Below are positions 1-9,305 of a DNA stretch of 64,000 bases, piece after piece. The translations under genes and the position numbers were made by a program. The DNA lies in contig JACSRX010000089.1 in NCBI GenBank assembly GCA_014879535.1, positions 9,905-73,904 of the forward strand. Reading direction: 5' to 3'. Source of the stretch: Chthoniobacterales bacterium (GTDB taxonomy: Bacteria > Verrucomicrobiota > Verrucomicrobiia > Chthoniobacterales > JACTMZ01). Numbering within the stretch: the first letter of the stretch is position 1; every line of letters begins with the position of its first letter. The notes beneath the pieces are model-generated. The model had not been told where the DNA came from. It worked only from the letters and a program-made list of their open reading frames with translations, and did no database searches.

Positions 1-461
1 GCTCCGCCGGTGAAGAGGTCCGGGCTGTGCGGGTGATCCCCGGCGACGTTTTCGTTGCCCTCGAGGATGTCCTCGATCGACACGTCGAATTCCGCCAGCT
101 CCGGCCAGATTTCCCCCTTCTGGCCGGTGGCGCGCAGGTAGGGAAGGATGGTGTTGCGCGTGCGCCAGAGCGGACTCACGACGATGAAGTCGAAGGCATG
201 GTCCTTGAGTTTGCCCGCCACCTCCTGCGCCTGCTCCTCCCCTTTTGGCGAGAAGGTGTCGGGATTGCCGAGGTAGGACGGCCATTGGTCGCGCGGGACC
301 TGCTTCCAGCGAGGGTTGTATGCGGCATTCGCCCCGCTCTCCGCATGCCGCAGATAATAAACCTTCAACCCCGCATGCGCCGGAACCGCACAGAGGGCGA
401 ACAGCAGGACGGACAGAAGCCGCAGGGAACAATGGCCGAAGGCCGGGGGAATCCTCATCAT
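1..461 (-). CDS. Histidine phosphatase (PGAM-like) family protein, secreted; partial, C-terminus runs off the left edge
   Basis: Absent from the ORF track because it is open at the window edge. My reverse-strand translation from ATG 461 gives MMRIPPAFGHCSLRLLSVLLFALCAVPAHAGLKVYYLRHAESGANAAY...SPLWRTRNT with no stops to position 1. It has a signal peptide and the RHxxS/G phosphohistidine motif. Confidence 0.65.
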   Translation of the reverse strand, partial: MMRIPPAFGHCSLRLLSVLLFALCAVPAHAGLKVYYLRHAESGANAAYNPRWKQVPRDQWPSYLGNPDTFSPKGEEQAQEVAGKLKDHAFDFIVVSPLWRTRNTILPYLRATGQKGEIWPELAEFDVSIEDILEGNENVAGDHPHSPDLFTGG

Positions 462-524
462 GCCGCGAAGGCTCGCAGGCAGTCCGCCCCCCTGCCAAGT
501 GCGAAGCGCGCCCGACGCGGCGCC

Positions 525-770
525 TCACGCCATGATTCTCAGGGCGATGTAGGGCACGAAGTTGAACACCAGTATCGCGATCTTGTATCGGGCCAGATAC
601 TGGAAGTAGGCACAGGACAACTCGGCCTCGCTCATCCCGAAAATCCGGGCGTGGATGCGCGCCACGGATCGGCGGAAAAGCGCCATCATGACCGTGGAGA
701 AGAGCAGGACGCCCACGTTGATGACCGTGCACCAGCCGAGCAGCTCCTGCAGGGATTCAAGCGTGATCAT
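525..770 (-). CDS. Small membrane protein (81 aa), function unknown
   Basis: Internal ATG of ORF 525..851, preceded by GGAGGA. Product MITLESLQELLGWCTVINVGVLLFSTVMMALF... has two hydrophobic helices. Confidence 0.55.
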   Translation of the reverse strand: MITLESLQELLGWCTVINVGVLLFSTVMMALFRRSVARIHARIFGMSEAELSCAYFQYLARYKIAILVFNFVPYIALRIMA

Positions 771-934
771 GAGTTTTGTCCTCCGCTCCCCCGGCCATCC
801 GGCCGGGAATGATGCCACCCTACCACACGGCCGCAGGCTCCGCCACGGCAACCGCGGGGCGGGCGCACGCCAAAACCCTTGCCATCACGGGGGCGCGGCC
901 CTAATCCGGACGGTTTCCAAATCCCGCCAAACCG

Positions 935-2386
935 ATGCACGAACCCTCCCACGACCCGCGCCTGTGGAATGAGGATCTTGCCCCGGTTCCCCTGAGCCGG
1001 CGGACATGGTCCGCATGGCATGTGACGGCGCTGTGGGTCGGCATGGCCGTGTGCATCACGACCTACACGCTGGCGAGCAGCCTCATCGAGCAGGGCATGA
1101 ACTGGTGGCAGGCCACCCTCACGATCCTTCTCGGCAACCTCATCGTGCTGATCCCGATGACGCTCAACGCGCATCCGGGCACCGCCTACGGCATCCCCTT
1201 CCCCGTGCTGCTGCGCGCGTCGTTCGGCACGTTCGGGTCGAACATCCCGGCGCTCATGCGCGGACTCGTGGCCTGCGGATGGTTCGGCATCCAGACATGG
1301 GTCGGCGGCGCGGCGATCTATGCGACGGCGGCGGTCATTTTCGGTTTCGACCCAGGCACGCGCCAAGCCCTCCCCATCCTCGGCATTTCGCCCGGCGAGT
1401 TCCTCTGCTTCATGATCTTCTGGGCGGTCAACGTGTGGTTCATCGTCCGCGGCATGGAGTCGATCAAGTGGATGGAAACCCTGAGCGCGCCGTTCCTGCT
1501 CCTCATCGGCCTCGTGCTCGTCTGGTGGGCATGGGATGCGGCGGACGGATTCGGCCCGATCTTCTCCCAGCCGTCCACCCTCGACACGTCGGCGAAGTTC
1601 TGGCCGGTCTTCGGCGCGGGGCTCACGGCGATGGTCGGCTATTGGGCGACGCTCTCGCTGAACATCCCCGACTTCTCGCGGTTCGCCCGCTCGCAGCGCG
1701 CGCAGATCACCGGGCAGGCGCTCGGCCTGCCCACGACGATGACATTCTACGCCTTCATCGGCATCGTGGTGACGAGCGCGACCGTCGTCATTTTCGGCGC
1801 GCCGATCTGGGACCCGGTGCAGGTCATCGCCAAACTCCACCATCCTTGGATCTCGGCGCTGGCGCTGGTCACCCTCGCGGTGGCCACGCTCTCGACGAAC
1901 ATCGCGGCCAACGTCGTCTCGCCCGCGAATGATTTCTCGAACGTCGCCCCGAACAGGGTCAGCTTCCGGACCGGCGGACTCATCACCGCGCTCATCGGCA
2001 TCCTGATGTTCCCGTGGAAACTCTATCAGGACCCGCGGGGCTACATCTTCACATGGCTCATCGGCTACAGCGCGCTGCTCGGACCGATCGCGGGCATCAT
2101 GATCGCGGACTATTTCGTGTGGCGCCGCAAGAAGCTCGATGCGGACGCCCTCTACCGGCGCCACGGCGCCTACCGCTACACCGGCGGATTCAGCCTGGTC
2201 GGCTTCGGCGTCCTCGCCGCCTCGATCCTGCCGAACCTCCCCGGGTTCCTTGTCACCGTGAAGGTGCTCCCGGCGGACATGTTCCCCGGCTGGCTGGTCG
2301 CGGGCTACAACTACGCCTGGTTTGTGGGCTTCGCTCTGGCGTTTTTGTTGTATAGCCTGATCCGACCGATATTTCCGAACAGATGA
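935..2386 (+). CDS. NCS1 family nucleobase/hydantoin/allantoin:cation symporter
   Basis: 483-aa ORF with about 12 hydrophobic helices and an NCS1-type N-terminus ([44 protein letters not shown]). Its stop overlaps the next start (ATGA at 2383-2386). Confidence 0.9.
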   Translation: MHEPSHDPRLWNEDLAPVPLSRRTWSAWHVTALWVGMAVCITTYTLASSLIEQGMNWWQATLTILLGNLIVLIPMTLNAHPGTAYGIPFPVLLRASFGTFGSNIPALMRGLVACGWFGIQTWVGGAAIYATAAVIFGFDPGTRQALPILGISPGEFLCFMIFWAVNVWFIVRGMESIKWMETLSAPFLLLIGLVLVWWAWDAADGFGPIFSQPSTLDTSAKFWPVFGAGLTAMVGYWATLSLNIPDFSRFARSQRAQITGQALGLPTTMTFYAFIGIVVTSATVVIFGAPIWDPVQVIAKLHHPWISALALVTLAVATLSTNIAANVVSPANDFSNVAPNRVSFRTGGLITALIGILMFPWKLYQDPRGYIFTWLIGYSALLGPIAGIMIADYFVWRRKKLDADALYRRHGAYRYTGGFSLVGFGVLAASILPNLPGFLVTVKVLPADMFPGWLVAGYNYAWFVGFALAFLLYSLIRPIFPNR

Positions 2387-3723
2387 AAACACCAAACCTC
2401 CCCCCATTCGACCATACCCCGCGGCCCTACACCGGTCCCTCGAAGGACGATGTGCTCGCCCTGCGCAAGCAGTTCATGAACCCGGGCATCTTCCTCTACT
2501 ACAAACAGCCGCTCATGATCGTGGAGGGCGTGATGCAATACGTCTGGGACGACACCGGCAAACGCTACCTCGACGGCCTCGGCGGCATCGTGACGATCAG
2601 CGTCGGCCATTGCCACCCGCATGTCATCTCCGCGGGCAACCGCCAGAGCGAGATCTACCAGCACTCGACCACCATCTACCTGCACCCGAACGTCTCGGAA
2701 TACGCCGCGAAGCTCGCGTCGAAGATGCCCGGCAAGCTGAAGGTCTGCTACTTCGTCAATTCCGGCTCGGAGGCCAACGACCTCGCGCTGCTCATGGCGC
2801 GCGCCCACACCGGCAACTACGACATCATCGGCCTGCGCAACGCCTACCACGGCGGCAACGCCGCGGGCATGGGCCTCACCGCCCACAGCACGTGGAAATA
2901 CAACGTGCCCCACAGCTTCGGCGTGCACCACGCCATCGCCCCCTACCCCTACCGCGGACCCTACGGGCACGATGATCCCGATGCGGGCCGCAAATACGCG
3001 AACGACGTCAAGGAGGTCATCGAATACACCACGCCGGGCAAGGTCGCCGGATTCATCGCGGAATCCATCCAGGGCGTCGGCGGCTTCGTCGAATTCCCGA
3101 AGGGCTACCTCAAGAATGTCTATGAACATGTCCGCGCCGCCGGCGGCGTGTGCATCGCGGACGAGGTCCAGACCGGCTTCGGACGCACGGGCACGCATTT
3201 CTGGGGGTTCGAGACGCAGGACGTGATCCCGGACATCGTCACGATGGCCAAGGGCATCGGCAACGGCTGCCCGCTCGCCGCCGTGGTCACCACGCCGGAA
3301 GTCGCGCAGTCCCTCGTCGGCAAGGTCCACTTCAACACCTTCGGCGGCAACCCGGTCGTCAGCGCCATGGGCAAGGCCGTGCTCGAGGTGATCGAGAAGG
3401 ACAACCTGCAGGCGAACTCGCTCAAGATCGGCAACCGCATCCTCGAGGGACTCAACAAGCTCAAGGACAAGCACGCCATCATCGGCGAGGTGCGCGGCAA
3501 GGGACTCATGCTCGGCATCGAGATGGTCAAGGACCGCAAGACCAAGGAGCCCGCGAAGGAGGAATGCGCCGCGGTGCTCGAGACCGCCCGCGAACTCGGG
3601 CTCCTCATCGGCAAGGGCGGCCTCTACGGACAGACGATCCGCTTCGCCCCGCCCATGTGCATCAACGAAGCCGACGCCGACTTCCTCATCGAGGTGCTCG
3701 ACGAGTCGTTCAGCCGGCTGTGA
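2383..3723 (+). CDS. PLP-dependent class III aminotransferase, AGXT2 / beta-alanine-pyruvate transaminase-like
   Basis: 446-aa ORF with motifs [24 protein letters not shown] and TMAKGIGNG (Schiff-base Lys region). Confidence 0.9.
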   Translation: MKTPNLPPFDHTPRPYTGPSKDDVLALRKQFMNPGIFLYYKQPLMIVEGVMQYVWDDTGKRYLDGLGGIVTISVGHCHPHVISAGNRQSEIYQHSTTIYLHPNVSEYAAKLASKMPGKLKVCYFVNSGSEANDLALLMARAHTGNYDIIGLRNAYHGGNAAGMGLTAHSTWKYNVPHSFGVHHAIAPYPYRGPYGHDDPDAGRKYANDVKEVIEYTTPGKVAGFIAESIQGVGGFVEFPKGYLKNVYEHVRAAGGVCIADEVQTGFGRTGTHFWGFETQDVIPDIVTMAKGIGNGCPLAAVVTTPEVAQSLVGKVHFNTFGGNPVVSAMGKAVLEVIEKDNLQANSLKIGNRILEGLNKLKDKHAIIGEVRGKGLMLGIEMVKDRKTKEPAKEECAAVLETARELGLLIGKGGLYGQTIRFAPPMCINEADADFLIEVLDESFSRL

Positions 3724-3763
3724 CGCGACGGGGACACGCCATCGGTGTGTCCCGCCCGCGGCC

Positions 3764-4561
3764 ATGAGCGACCTGCTGGAGGAACTTCTGGAAGCGCGCC
3801 GCGCGGGGCGTCCCTGCGCACTCGCCACCGTCGCCGCGACCACGGGCTCCGTCCCGCGCCATCCGGGCGCCAGGATGCTCGTCCACGCCGACGGTTCGAT
3901 CTCCGGAACCATCGGCGGCGGCAAGTTCGAGTCGCTCGTCATCGCCGAGGCGCTGGAATGCCTGCGTCAGCGCCAGCCCGTGCTGAAAACGTGGCCGTTG
4001 CGGGAGGACAAACCGGATTCGTTCGGCGCGATCTGCGGCGGCGAGGTCACCGTGCTCATCGAGCCGCACGTCCCGGCGCAATCGATGTTCCTCGTGGGCG
4101 GCGGACATTGCGCACAGGCCATCGCGAAACTCGCGGCGGAATGCGGATTCCATGTCACGGCGGCCGACGACCGGGATGATGTCCTGTCCCAGTGTGCGGC
4201 CGCCCACGTCCGCCTGACGGTTCCCGCGCCGGAATGCATCGGCGCGAGGGACTGGAATGCAAGCGAGGCCGTGGTGATCGTGAGCCGTCACTACGACATC
4301 GACCGCGAAGCCCTGGCCGCCGCCCTGCGCAAGGGCGGCATGGGCTATGTCGGCATGATCGGCAGCCGGCGCAAGGTGTTGCAGGTGTATGACCGGCTGA
4401 AGGCGGACGGCTTCACCGCCGCGCAGCTCGCCGGCGTCCACGCCCCGCTGGGTCTGGACATCGGGGCCGATTCGCCCGCCGAGATCGCCGTGAGTGTCGT
4501 GGCCGAGGTTCTCATGGTCCTGCGCGGGAAGCCCGGCACGCCCCTGCGGCTGGCCCCCTGA
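3764..4561 (+). CDS. XdhC/CoxI family molybdoenzyme maturation accessory protein
   Basis: 265-aa ORF with an XdhC N-domain (ALATVAATTGSVPRHPGARML..GTIGGG) and a Rossmann-like C-domain (FLVGGGHCAQA, GMIGSRRK). Confidence 0.8.
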   Translation: MSDLLEELLEARRAGRPCALATVAATTGSVPRHPGARMLVHADGSISGTIGGGKFESLVIAEALECLRQRQPVLKTWPLREDKPDSFGAICGGEVTVLIEPHVPAQSMFLVGGGHCAQAIAKLAAECGFHVTAADDRDDVLSQCAAAHVRLTVPAPECIGARDWNASEAVVIVSRHYDIDREALAAALRKGGMGYVGMIGSRRKVLQVYDRLKADGFTAAQLAGVHAPLGLDIGADSPAEIAVSVVAEVLMVLRGKPGTPLRLAP

Positions 4562-4603
4562 TCCGCCATTGCACCCCGCGGCATTCGGGGTAATCTCGCA
4601 GGT

Positions 4604-4741
4604 ATGAAGAAGATCCTCTTCACCCTCCTCGGCGCCTTCATTCTCACGGCTCCGCTCGCGCAAGCGCAGTGCAAGGAATGCGGCTGCAAGAAAAAGTGCG
4701 AGACGGCCTGCGCGTGCAAGCACGACCAGAAGCCCCAGTGA
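4604..4741 (+). CDS. Small secreted cysteine-rich peptide (45 aa)
   Basis: Below the ORF-track size cutoff; found by reading the gap. Product is MKKILFTLLGAFILTAPLAQAQCKECGCKKKCETACACKHDQKPQ: a signal peptide with an AQA cleavage site, then six Cys in a 24-aa Lys-rich mature part. Third codon positions are GC-rich, as in neighbouring genes. Confidence 0.5.
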   Translation: MKKILFTLLGAFILTAPLAQAQCKECGCKKKCETACACKHDQKPQ

Positions 4742-4971
4742 ACTCCCTCGATCCGCGGGGCAAACGCTTCCGCGCCGCCGACCGGTCCCTGCAACAGGCC
4801 CGCAATGCCCTGAACGGGGCCGTGTTGGCCCTGCAGGACATCCCCCACTCGAACGTCTCGCCCCTCGCCGCCGCGATGGACTCCATCAACGCCGCGCTCG
4901 GGAATCTGGATTCCGCCGCGGAACACATCGACGAGGCGCGGCTCGCCGCCGCGGATGACGACGCCGTCTGA
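4738..4971 (+). CDS. Hypothetical 77-aa Ala-rich acidic protein, probably coupled to the Cys-rich peptide gene
   Basis: GTG at 4738 overlaps the upstream TGA (GTGA) and is in frame with ORF 4669..4971. Third codon positions are strongly GC-rich. No family recognised. Confidence 0.45.
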   Translation: MNSLDPRGKRFRAADRSLQQARNALNGAVLALQDIPHSNVSPLAAAMDSINAALGNLDSAAEHIDEARLAAADDDAV

Positions 4972-5004
4972 TTCTGCTTTCCAGCAGGCGGACGCTGATT
5001 TGAA

Positions 5005-5937
5005 ATGGGGGTCATGACACCCCGCGTCAAAGAAATCCTCTCCTGTTACGGGGCCGACAACCCCGGAACCCTCACGAACCTCGCCCGCCTACTCAACCAC
5101 GGCACGCTCGGCGGCACCGGCAAGATGGTGATCCTGCCCGTGGACCAGGGCTTCGAACACGGGCCGGCCCGCAGTTTCGCCGTCAATCCCCCGGGCTACA
5201 ACCCGCTCTACCATTTCGAGCTCGCCATCGAGGCCGGATGCAACGCCTACGCCGCGCCGCTCGGGTTCCTCGAGGCCGGCGCGCGCGAATTCGCCGGCGA
5301 CATCCCGCTCATCCTCAAGATCAACAGCAAGGACCTCACCGCCGACGAGAAGGACCCGATCTCGGCCCGCACCGGGACCATTGACGACGCCCTGCGCCTC
5401 GGCTGCTCCGCGGTCGGCTTCACAATCTACCCGGGCTCGGCCATGCGCATCGAGATGTATGAGCAGCTCGCCGAGCTCGCCCACGAGGCGAAACAGGCCG
5501 GCCTCGTCGTCATCGTCTGGTCCTACCCGCGCGGCACCAGCCTGAGCAAGGACGGCGAAACCGCCATGGACGTGGACGGCTATGCCGCGCACATCGCCTG
5601 CCAGCTCGGCGCCCACATCGTCAAAATCAAGCTGCCGTCGGATCACCTCGAACAGCCGGCCGCCAAGAAGGTTTACGAGACCGAGAAAATCCCCATCGCC
5701 ACCACGGCCGAGCGCGTGCGGCATGCCGTGCAGTGCGCGTTCGACGGACGCCGCATCCTCATCTTTTCCGGCGGACCGAGCGAATCGGACGACAAGCTGC
5801 TCGACGGCATCCGCGCCATCCGCGACGGCGGCGGCTTCGGCTCGATCATCGGGCGCAATTCCTTCCAGCGCTCGAAGAAGGACGGACTCAAACTCCTCCG
5901 CACCATCATGGACATCTACGCGGGGAAAACCAAATAA
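5005..5937 (+). CDS. fbaB: Class I fructose-bisphosphate aldolase (DhnA/FbaB type)
   Basis: 310-aa ORF with motifs [24 protein letters not shown] and HIVKIKLP (Schiff-base Lys region). Alternative start is ATG 5014. Confidence 0.8.
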   Translation: MGVMTPRVKEILSCYGADNPGTLTNLARLLNHGTLGGTGKMVILPVDQGFEHGPARSFAVNPPGYNPLYHFELAIEAGCNAYAAPLGFLEAGAREFAGDIPLILKINSKDLTADEKDPISARTGTIDDALRLGCSAVGFTIYPGSAMRIEMYEQLAELAHEAKQAGLVVIVWSYPRGTSLSKDGETAMDVDGYAAHIACQLGAHIVKIKLPSDHLEQPAAKKVYETEKIPIATTAERVRHAVQCAFDGRRILIFSGGPSESDDKLLDGIRAIRDGGGFGSIIGRNSFQRSKKDGLKLLRTIMDIYAGKTK

Positions 5938-5942
5938 CGCTT

Positions 5943-6956
5943 ATGCAACTCGGAATGATCGGACTCGGCCGGATGGGCGCCAACATCGTGCGCCGCCTCA
6001 TGCGCAACGGACACACCTGCGTGGTCTATGACACCCACCCGGATGCCGTCGCGGATCTCGTCAAGGAAGGCGCAATCGGCGCCTCCTCGCTCGAGGAATT
6101 CGCCGCCAAGCTCGAAGCGCCGCGCGCCGCGTGGATCATGGTTCCCGCCGCCGTGACCGACAAGGTCATCGACAGCCTCGTCCCCCATTTCGCGAAGGGC
6201 GACATCATCATCGACGGCGGCAATTCCTATTTCCGCGACGACCGGCGACGCGCGGCGGCGCTCGCCCCGAAGGGCATCCGCTACATCGACTGCGGCACCA
6301 GCGGCGGCGTGTGGGGGCTGGAGCGCGGTTACTGCCTCATGATCGGCGGCGACACCGATGCCGTGAAGCACCTCGACCCGATCTTCAAGACCATCGCCCC
6401 CGGACGCGGCGACCTGCCGCGCACTCCCGGACGCGAGAAGCTCGGCGGGACGTCCGAGGACGGCTACCTGCATTGCGGCGCGGCCGGCGCGGGCCATTTC
6501 GTCAAGATGGTCCACAACGGCATCGAATACGGCATGATGGCCGCCCTCGCCGAGGGCTTCGACATCCTCAAGAACGCCGATGTCGATGCGCGTCCGGTCT
6601 CGCACGACGCGGAAACCGCCCCGCGCCTCAGCAACGACCTCGACTACAAGCTCCCCATCGACCAGATCGCCGAAGTGTGGCGCCGCGGCAGCGTCGTCCA
6701 GTGCTGGCTGCTCGACCTCATCGCCATCTCGATGGCCTCCGACCCGGAACTCAAGCAGTTCTCCGGCCGCGTCTCCGACTCCGGCGAGGGACGGTGGACC
6801 ATCATGGCCGCCATCGAGGAAGGCGTCCCCGCCGACGTGCTCAGCGCGGCGCTCTACGCCCGCTTCCGTTCGCAGGAGCCCGCGTTCTCGGACAAAGTCT
6901 GCTCGGCCATGCGCTACCAGTTCGGCGGACATTTGGAAAAATCCGCCGGAGCCTGA
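5943..6956 (+). CDS. gnd: 6-phosphogluconate dehydrogenase, decarboxylating (short Gnd/YqeC-like form)
   Basis: Internal ATG 5943 of ORF 5733..6956. Product starts [19 protein letters not shown] (Rossmann GxGxxG) and carries GGNSYF and [16 protein letters not shown]. Confidence 0.85.
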   Translation: MQLGMIGLGRMGANIVRRLMRNGHTCVVYDTHPDAVADLVKEGAIGASSLEEFAAKLEAPRAAWIMVPAAVTDKVIDSLVPHFAKGDIIIDGGNSYFRDDRRRAAALAPKGIRYIDCGTSGGVWGLERGYCLMIGGDTDAVKHLDPIFKTIAPGRGDLPRTPGREKLGGTSEDGYLHCGAAGAGHFVKMVHNGIEYGMMAALAEGFDILKNADVDARPVSHDAETAPRLSNDLDYKLPIDQIAEVWRRGSVVQCWLLDLIAISMASDPELKQFSGRVSDSGEGRWTIMAAIEEGVPADVLSAALYARFRSQEPAFSDKVCSAMRYQFGGHLEKSAGA

Positions 6957-6990
6957 CCTCGCGGCATCGGCGCTTTCTTGGCGGCGAACC

Positions 6991-7380
6991 ATGAAAATCC
7001 GGTTTCTCGCCCTCATCCTTTTGACGGCAACATTGCAGGCAGGGGAACCCACGGAGGCGGAACTGGCGCGCCTGCAGCATGCTTTGGAGGAGGCCAATTC
7101 GCAGGCCGACATGAACATGGCCTCCCGCGATCTTGCGGAATACTGGGATCGCGTCCTCGAACGCGAGGAAACCCGGGTGCTCGCAGCCTGCGATGCAGAT
7201 CAGGCGAAGCTCTTCCAAAAGGCCCAGAAACTGTGGCGCGCATTCCGGAACGCGGAGGTCGAATTCCAAGGCGACTCCTCACGCGGCGGCTCGATCCAGC
7301 CTTTGATCCACAACACCACCTACGCCGCCCTCACCGAACGACGCGTCAAGGAACTGCAGTCTTCATCCGAGATGCATTAG
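6991..7380 (+). CDS. Secreted DUF1311 / LprI-like (lysozyme-inhibitor-like) protein
   Basis: ATG 6991 inside ORF 6580..7380. Has signal peptide MKIRFLALILLTATLQAGE and the pattern LFQKAQKLWRAFRNAEVEF typical of DUF1311. Confidence 0.65.
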   Translation: MKIRFLALILLTATLQAGEPTEAELARLQHALEEANSQADMNMASRDLAEYWDRVLEREETRVLAACDADQAKLFQKAQKLWRAFRNAEVEFQGDSSRGGSIQPLIHNTTYAALTERRVKELQSSSEMH

Positions 7381-7390
7381 CTCATTTCAG

Positions 7391-7442
7391 GTAGGGTCGG
7401 CTGGCCTCAGCCGACCGGGCGCGTGAGGCCACACGCCCCTAC
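7391..7442. repeat. REP/BIME-like doublet: two inverted GTAG-headed hairpin units
   Basis: Unit 1 (+) is GTAGGGTCGGCTGGCCTCAGCCGACC. Unit 2 (reverse strand) is GTAGGGGCGTGTGGCCTCACGCGCCC. Both are GTAGGG plus a stem around the same TGGCCTCA centre. The pair lies between convergent genes. Confidence 0.5.
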
Positions 7443-7556
7443 CAGCAACTTCGGTGCGGCTGCAATATTTCCTAAACCGCTCTTGATTCGGCCATGGGAC
7501 ACACAGGGATCGCGCCTTCGACAATGTCATGCAGGGCCCGGGACCGGCCGCGTCCC

Positions 7557-9221
7557 TCACCGCCCGTGCGGCGGTTTGTGCTTCTTCGGCTTCTTCCGCC
7601 GGTCGGAGAGCGGGGTCACGGTGATCATGCCCCGCGAGGTTTCCATCTGATTTCCGGAGGGTGAAAGCCCCTGCGCGAAGGCGGCGGGGACTTCGACCAA
7701 AGACGCGCTTTCGCCGAGATCGATCACCCCGACATCGCGGGCGGGAATGCCCGCACCCTCGACCAGCAAATCCACCAAGTCCCGGGGACTGCCCAGCTCG
7801 CTCCGCCCCAAACCGACGGTGATCCAGAGTTTTCCCGGAGCAGCCTTGCGCTGGGCTGACGGCGCGGCCGTCGGGGCTTTCGGTTGGGCTTGGGGTTTCG
7901 GTGCAGGCGATGCGGACTTCGGCTCATCCGCCACGGGACCGGCGAGGATTTGAAGCAATGCCGCCGCCAGTTCGGTCGAGTCCACACCCTCTTCAAGAAG
8001 ACGGTCCACCGTGTTGGAGTGCGGACGCCATGAACCCTCCGCCAACACGCTGCGCACCCTGGCGAGCAGGGCATCCGTGCGTTTCTCCCCGATCTCCCCG
8101 GCGGTGGGCAGCGTTCCGCGCCGGATCTTGGTGCGGGCGAATCTTTCGAGGAACTGGATCTTCCGGAGGTCGCGTCCGCCGACCAGCGTCACGGCCATGC
8201 CGCTTTTGCCGGCGCGCCCCGTGCGCCCGATCCGGTGCACGTAGTCCTCGGGGTCGTAGGGAAGGTCGTAATTCACGACAAGCTCGAGGTCGTTCACGTC
8301 GATGCCGCGCGCGGCCACATCGGTCGCGACGAGGAACTCAAACCCGGCCTTCTTGAACTTGTTCATGACCCGCGTGCGCTGCGCCTGCGCGATGCCGCCG
8401 TGCAGCCTGTCCGAGGGCACCCCCTGCGCCTGCAGATCGTCCGCCAGTTCATCGACCATCCGCTGCGTGTTGCAGAAGATCACCCCCGAACGGAAGGAGT
8501 GGAAATCGATGAGGCGCAGCAACGCATCGAACTTGGCGCGCGGATGCACCTCGTAAAACCACTGCTCGATGGCCGGGGCAGAGACCTCCTTCTGCTCGAT
8601 GTCGAGCGTCACCGGATCGCGCGCGTAGCGGTTGATCAGGCCTCGGATCGCCGGCGACACCGTGGCGGAGAAGAAGGCGGTCTGGCGCTCCGCCGGAACG
8701 GCATCGAGGATGGTGCGGATGTCGTCGCGGAACCCCATGTCGAGCATGCGGTCCGCCTCGTCGAGGACGACAAGCTTGACCCGGTCCAGCTTGAGCGTGC
8801 CGCGGTTCATGTGGTCCATGATGCGCCCCGGTGTGCCGATGACCATCTGCGCGCCCCGCTTCAATTCGTGGGCCTGCCGTTCGAACGAGGCCCCGCCATA
8901 GACCGGCAGCGCATGGATGCCGCGCTTGAACGCCGCCAATTTGTGAGTCTGCTCGGCCACTTGGGTCGCCAGTTCGCGGGTCGGACAAAGCACAAGGACC
9001 TGCACGGCATGCTCGGCGGCAACGGTCTTCTCGATCGCCGGGATGGCAAATGCCGCGGTTTTGCCGGAACCCGTCTGGGATTTCCCCACCACGTCCTGTC
9101 CGGCGAGGAGGACGGGAATCGCCGCCCCCTGGATCGGTGACGCTTCCTCGAACCCGAGCGCGGCCACGGCTTTCAGAACTTCCGGCGAAAGCCCGAGCCG
9201 GTCAAAGGTGAGTTTTTCCAT
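7557..9221 (-). CDS. deaD: DEAD-box ATP-dependent RNA helicase with C-terminal DbpA-type RNA-binding domain
   Basis: 554-aa ORF with Q-motif/Walker A (SPIQGAAIP, SQTGSGKT), VLDEADRML, SAT and HRIGRTGRAG. Confidence 0.9.
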   Translation of the reverse strand: MEKLTFDRLGLSPEVLKAVAALGFEEASPIQGAAIPVLLAGQDVVGKSQTGSGKTAAFAIPAIEKTVAAEHAVQVLVLCPTRELATQVAEQTHKLAAFKRGIHALPVYGGASFERQAHELKRGAQMVIGTPGRIMDHMNRGTLKLDRVKLVVLDEADRMLDMGFRDDIRTILDAVPAERQTAFFSATVSPAIRGLINRYARDPVTLDIEQKEVSAPAIEQWFYEVHPRAKFDALLRLIDFHSFRSGVIFCNTQRMVDELADDLQAQGVPSDRLHGGIAQAQRTRVMNKFKKAGFEFLVATDVAARGIDVNDLELVVNYDLPYDPEDYVHRIGRTGRAGKSGMAVTLVGGRDLRKIQFLERFARTKIRRGTLPTAGEIGEKRTDALLARVRSVLAEGSWRPHSNTVDRLLEEGVDSTELAAALLQILAGPVADEPKSASPAPKPQAQPKAPTAAPSAQRKAAPGKLWITVGLGRSELGSPRDLVDLLVEGAGIPARDVGVIDLGESASLVEVPAAFAQGLSPSGNQMETSRGMITVTPLSDRRKKPKKHKPPHGR

Positions 9222-9305
9222 CTGCTGTCCAACGTAGCGTCCGCCGCACCCCGCGTCACGGGTTCTTGCGCCGGCCGCCCGTCAAGCCTAGCTTCTCCCG
9301 CTCCC

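Noticed and set aside
771-934. Possible riboswitch or leader in the 164-nt region upstream of the NCS1 transporter
   Set aside because: I could not recognise any purine, guanidine or other known riboswitch core. It is most simply a divergent promoter region.
767-3942. Long reverse-strand ORFs 767..2407 (546 aa) and 2311..3942 (543 aa)
   Set aside because: They are antisense to the well-supported NCS1 transporter and aminotransferase genes. Their products are Arg/Gly/Asp/Ala-rich with no motifs, the typical open-frame artefact of high-GC DNA.
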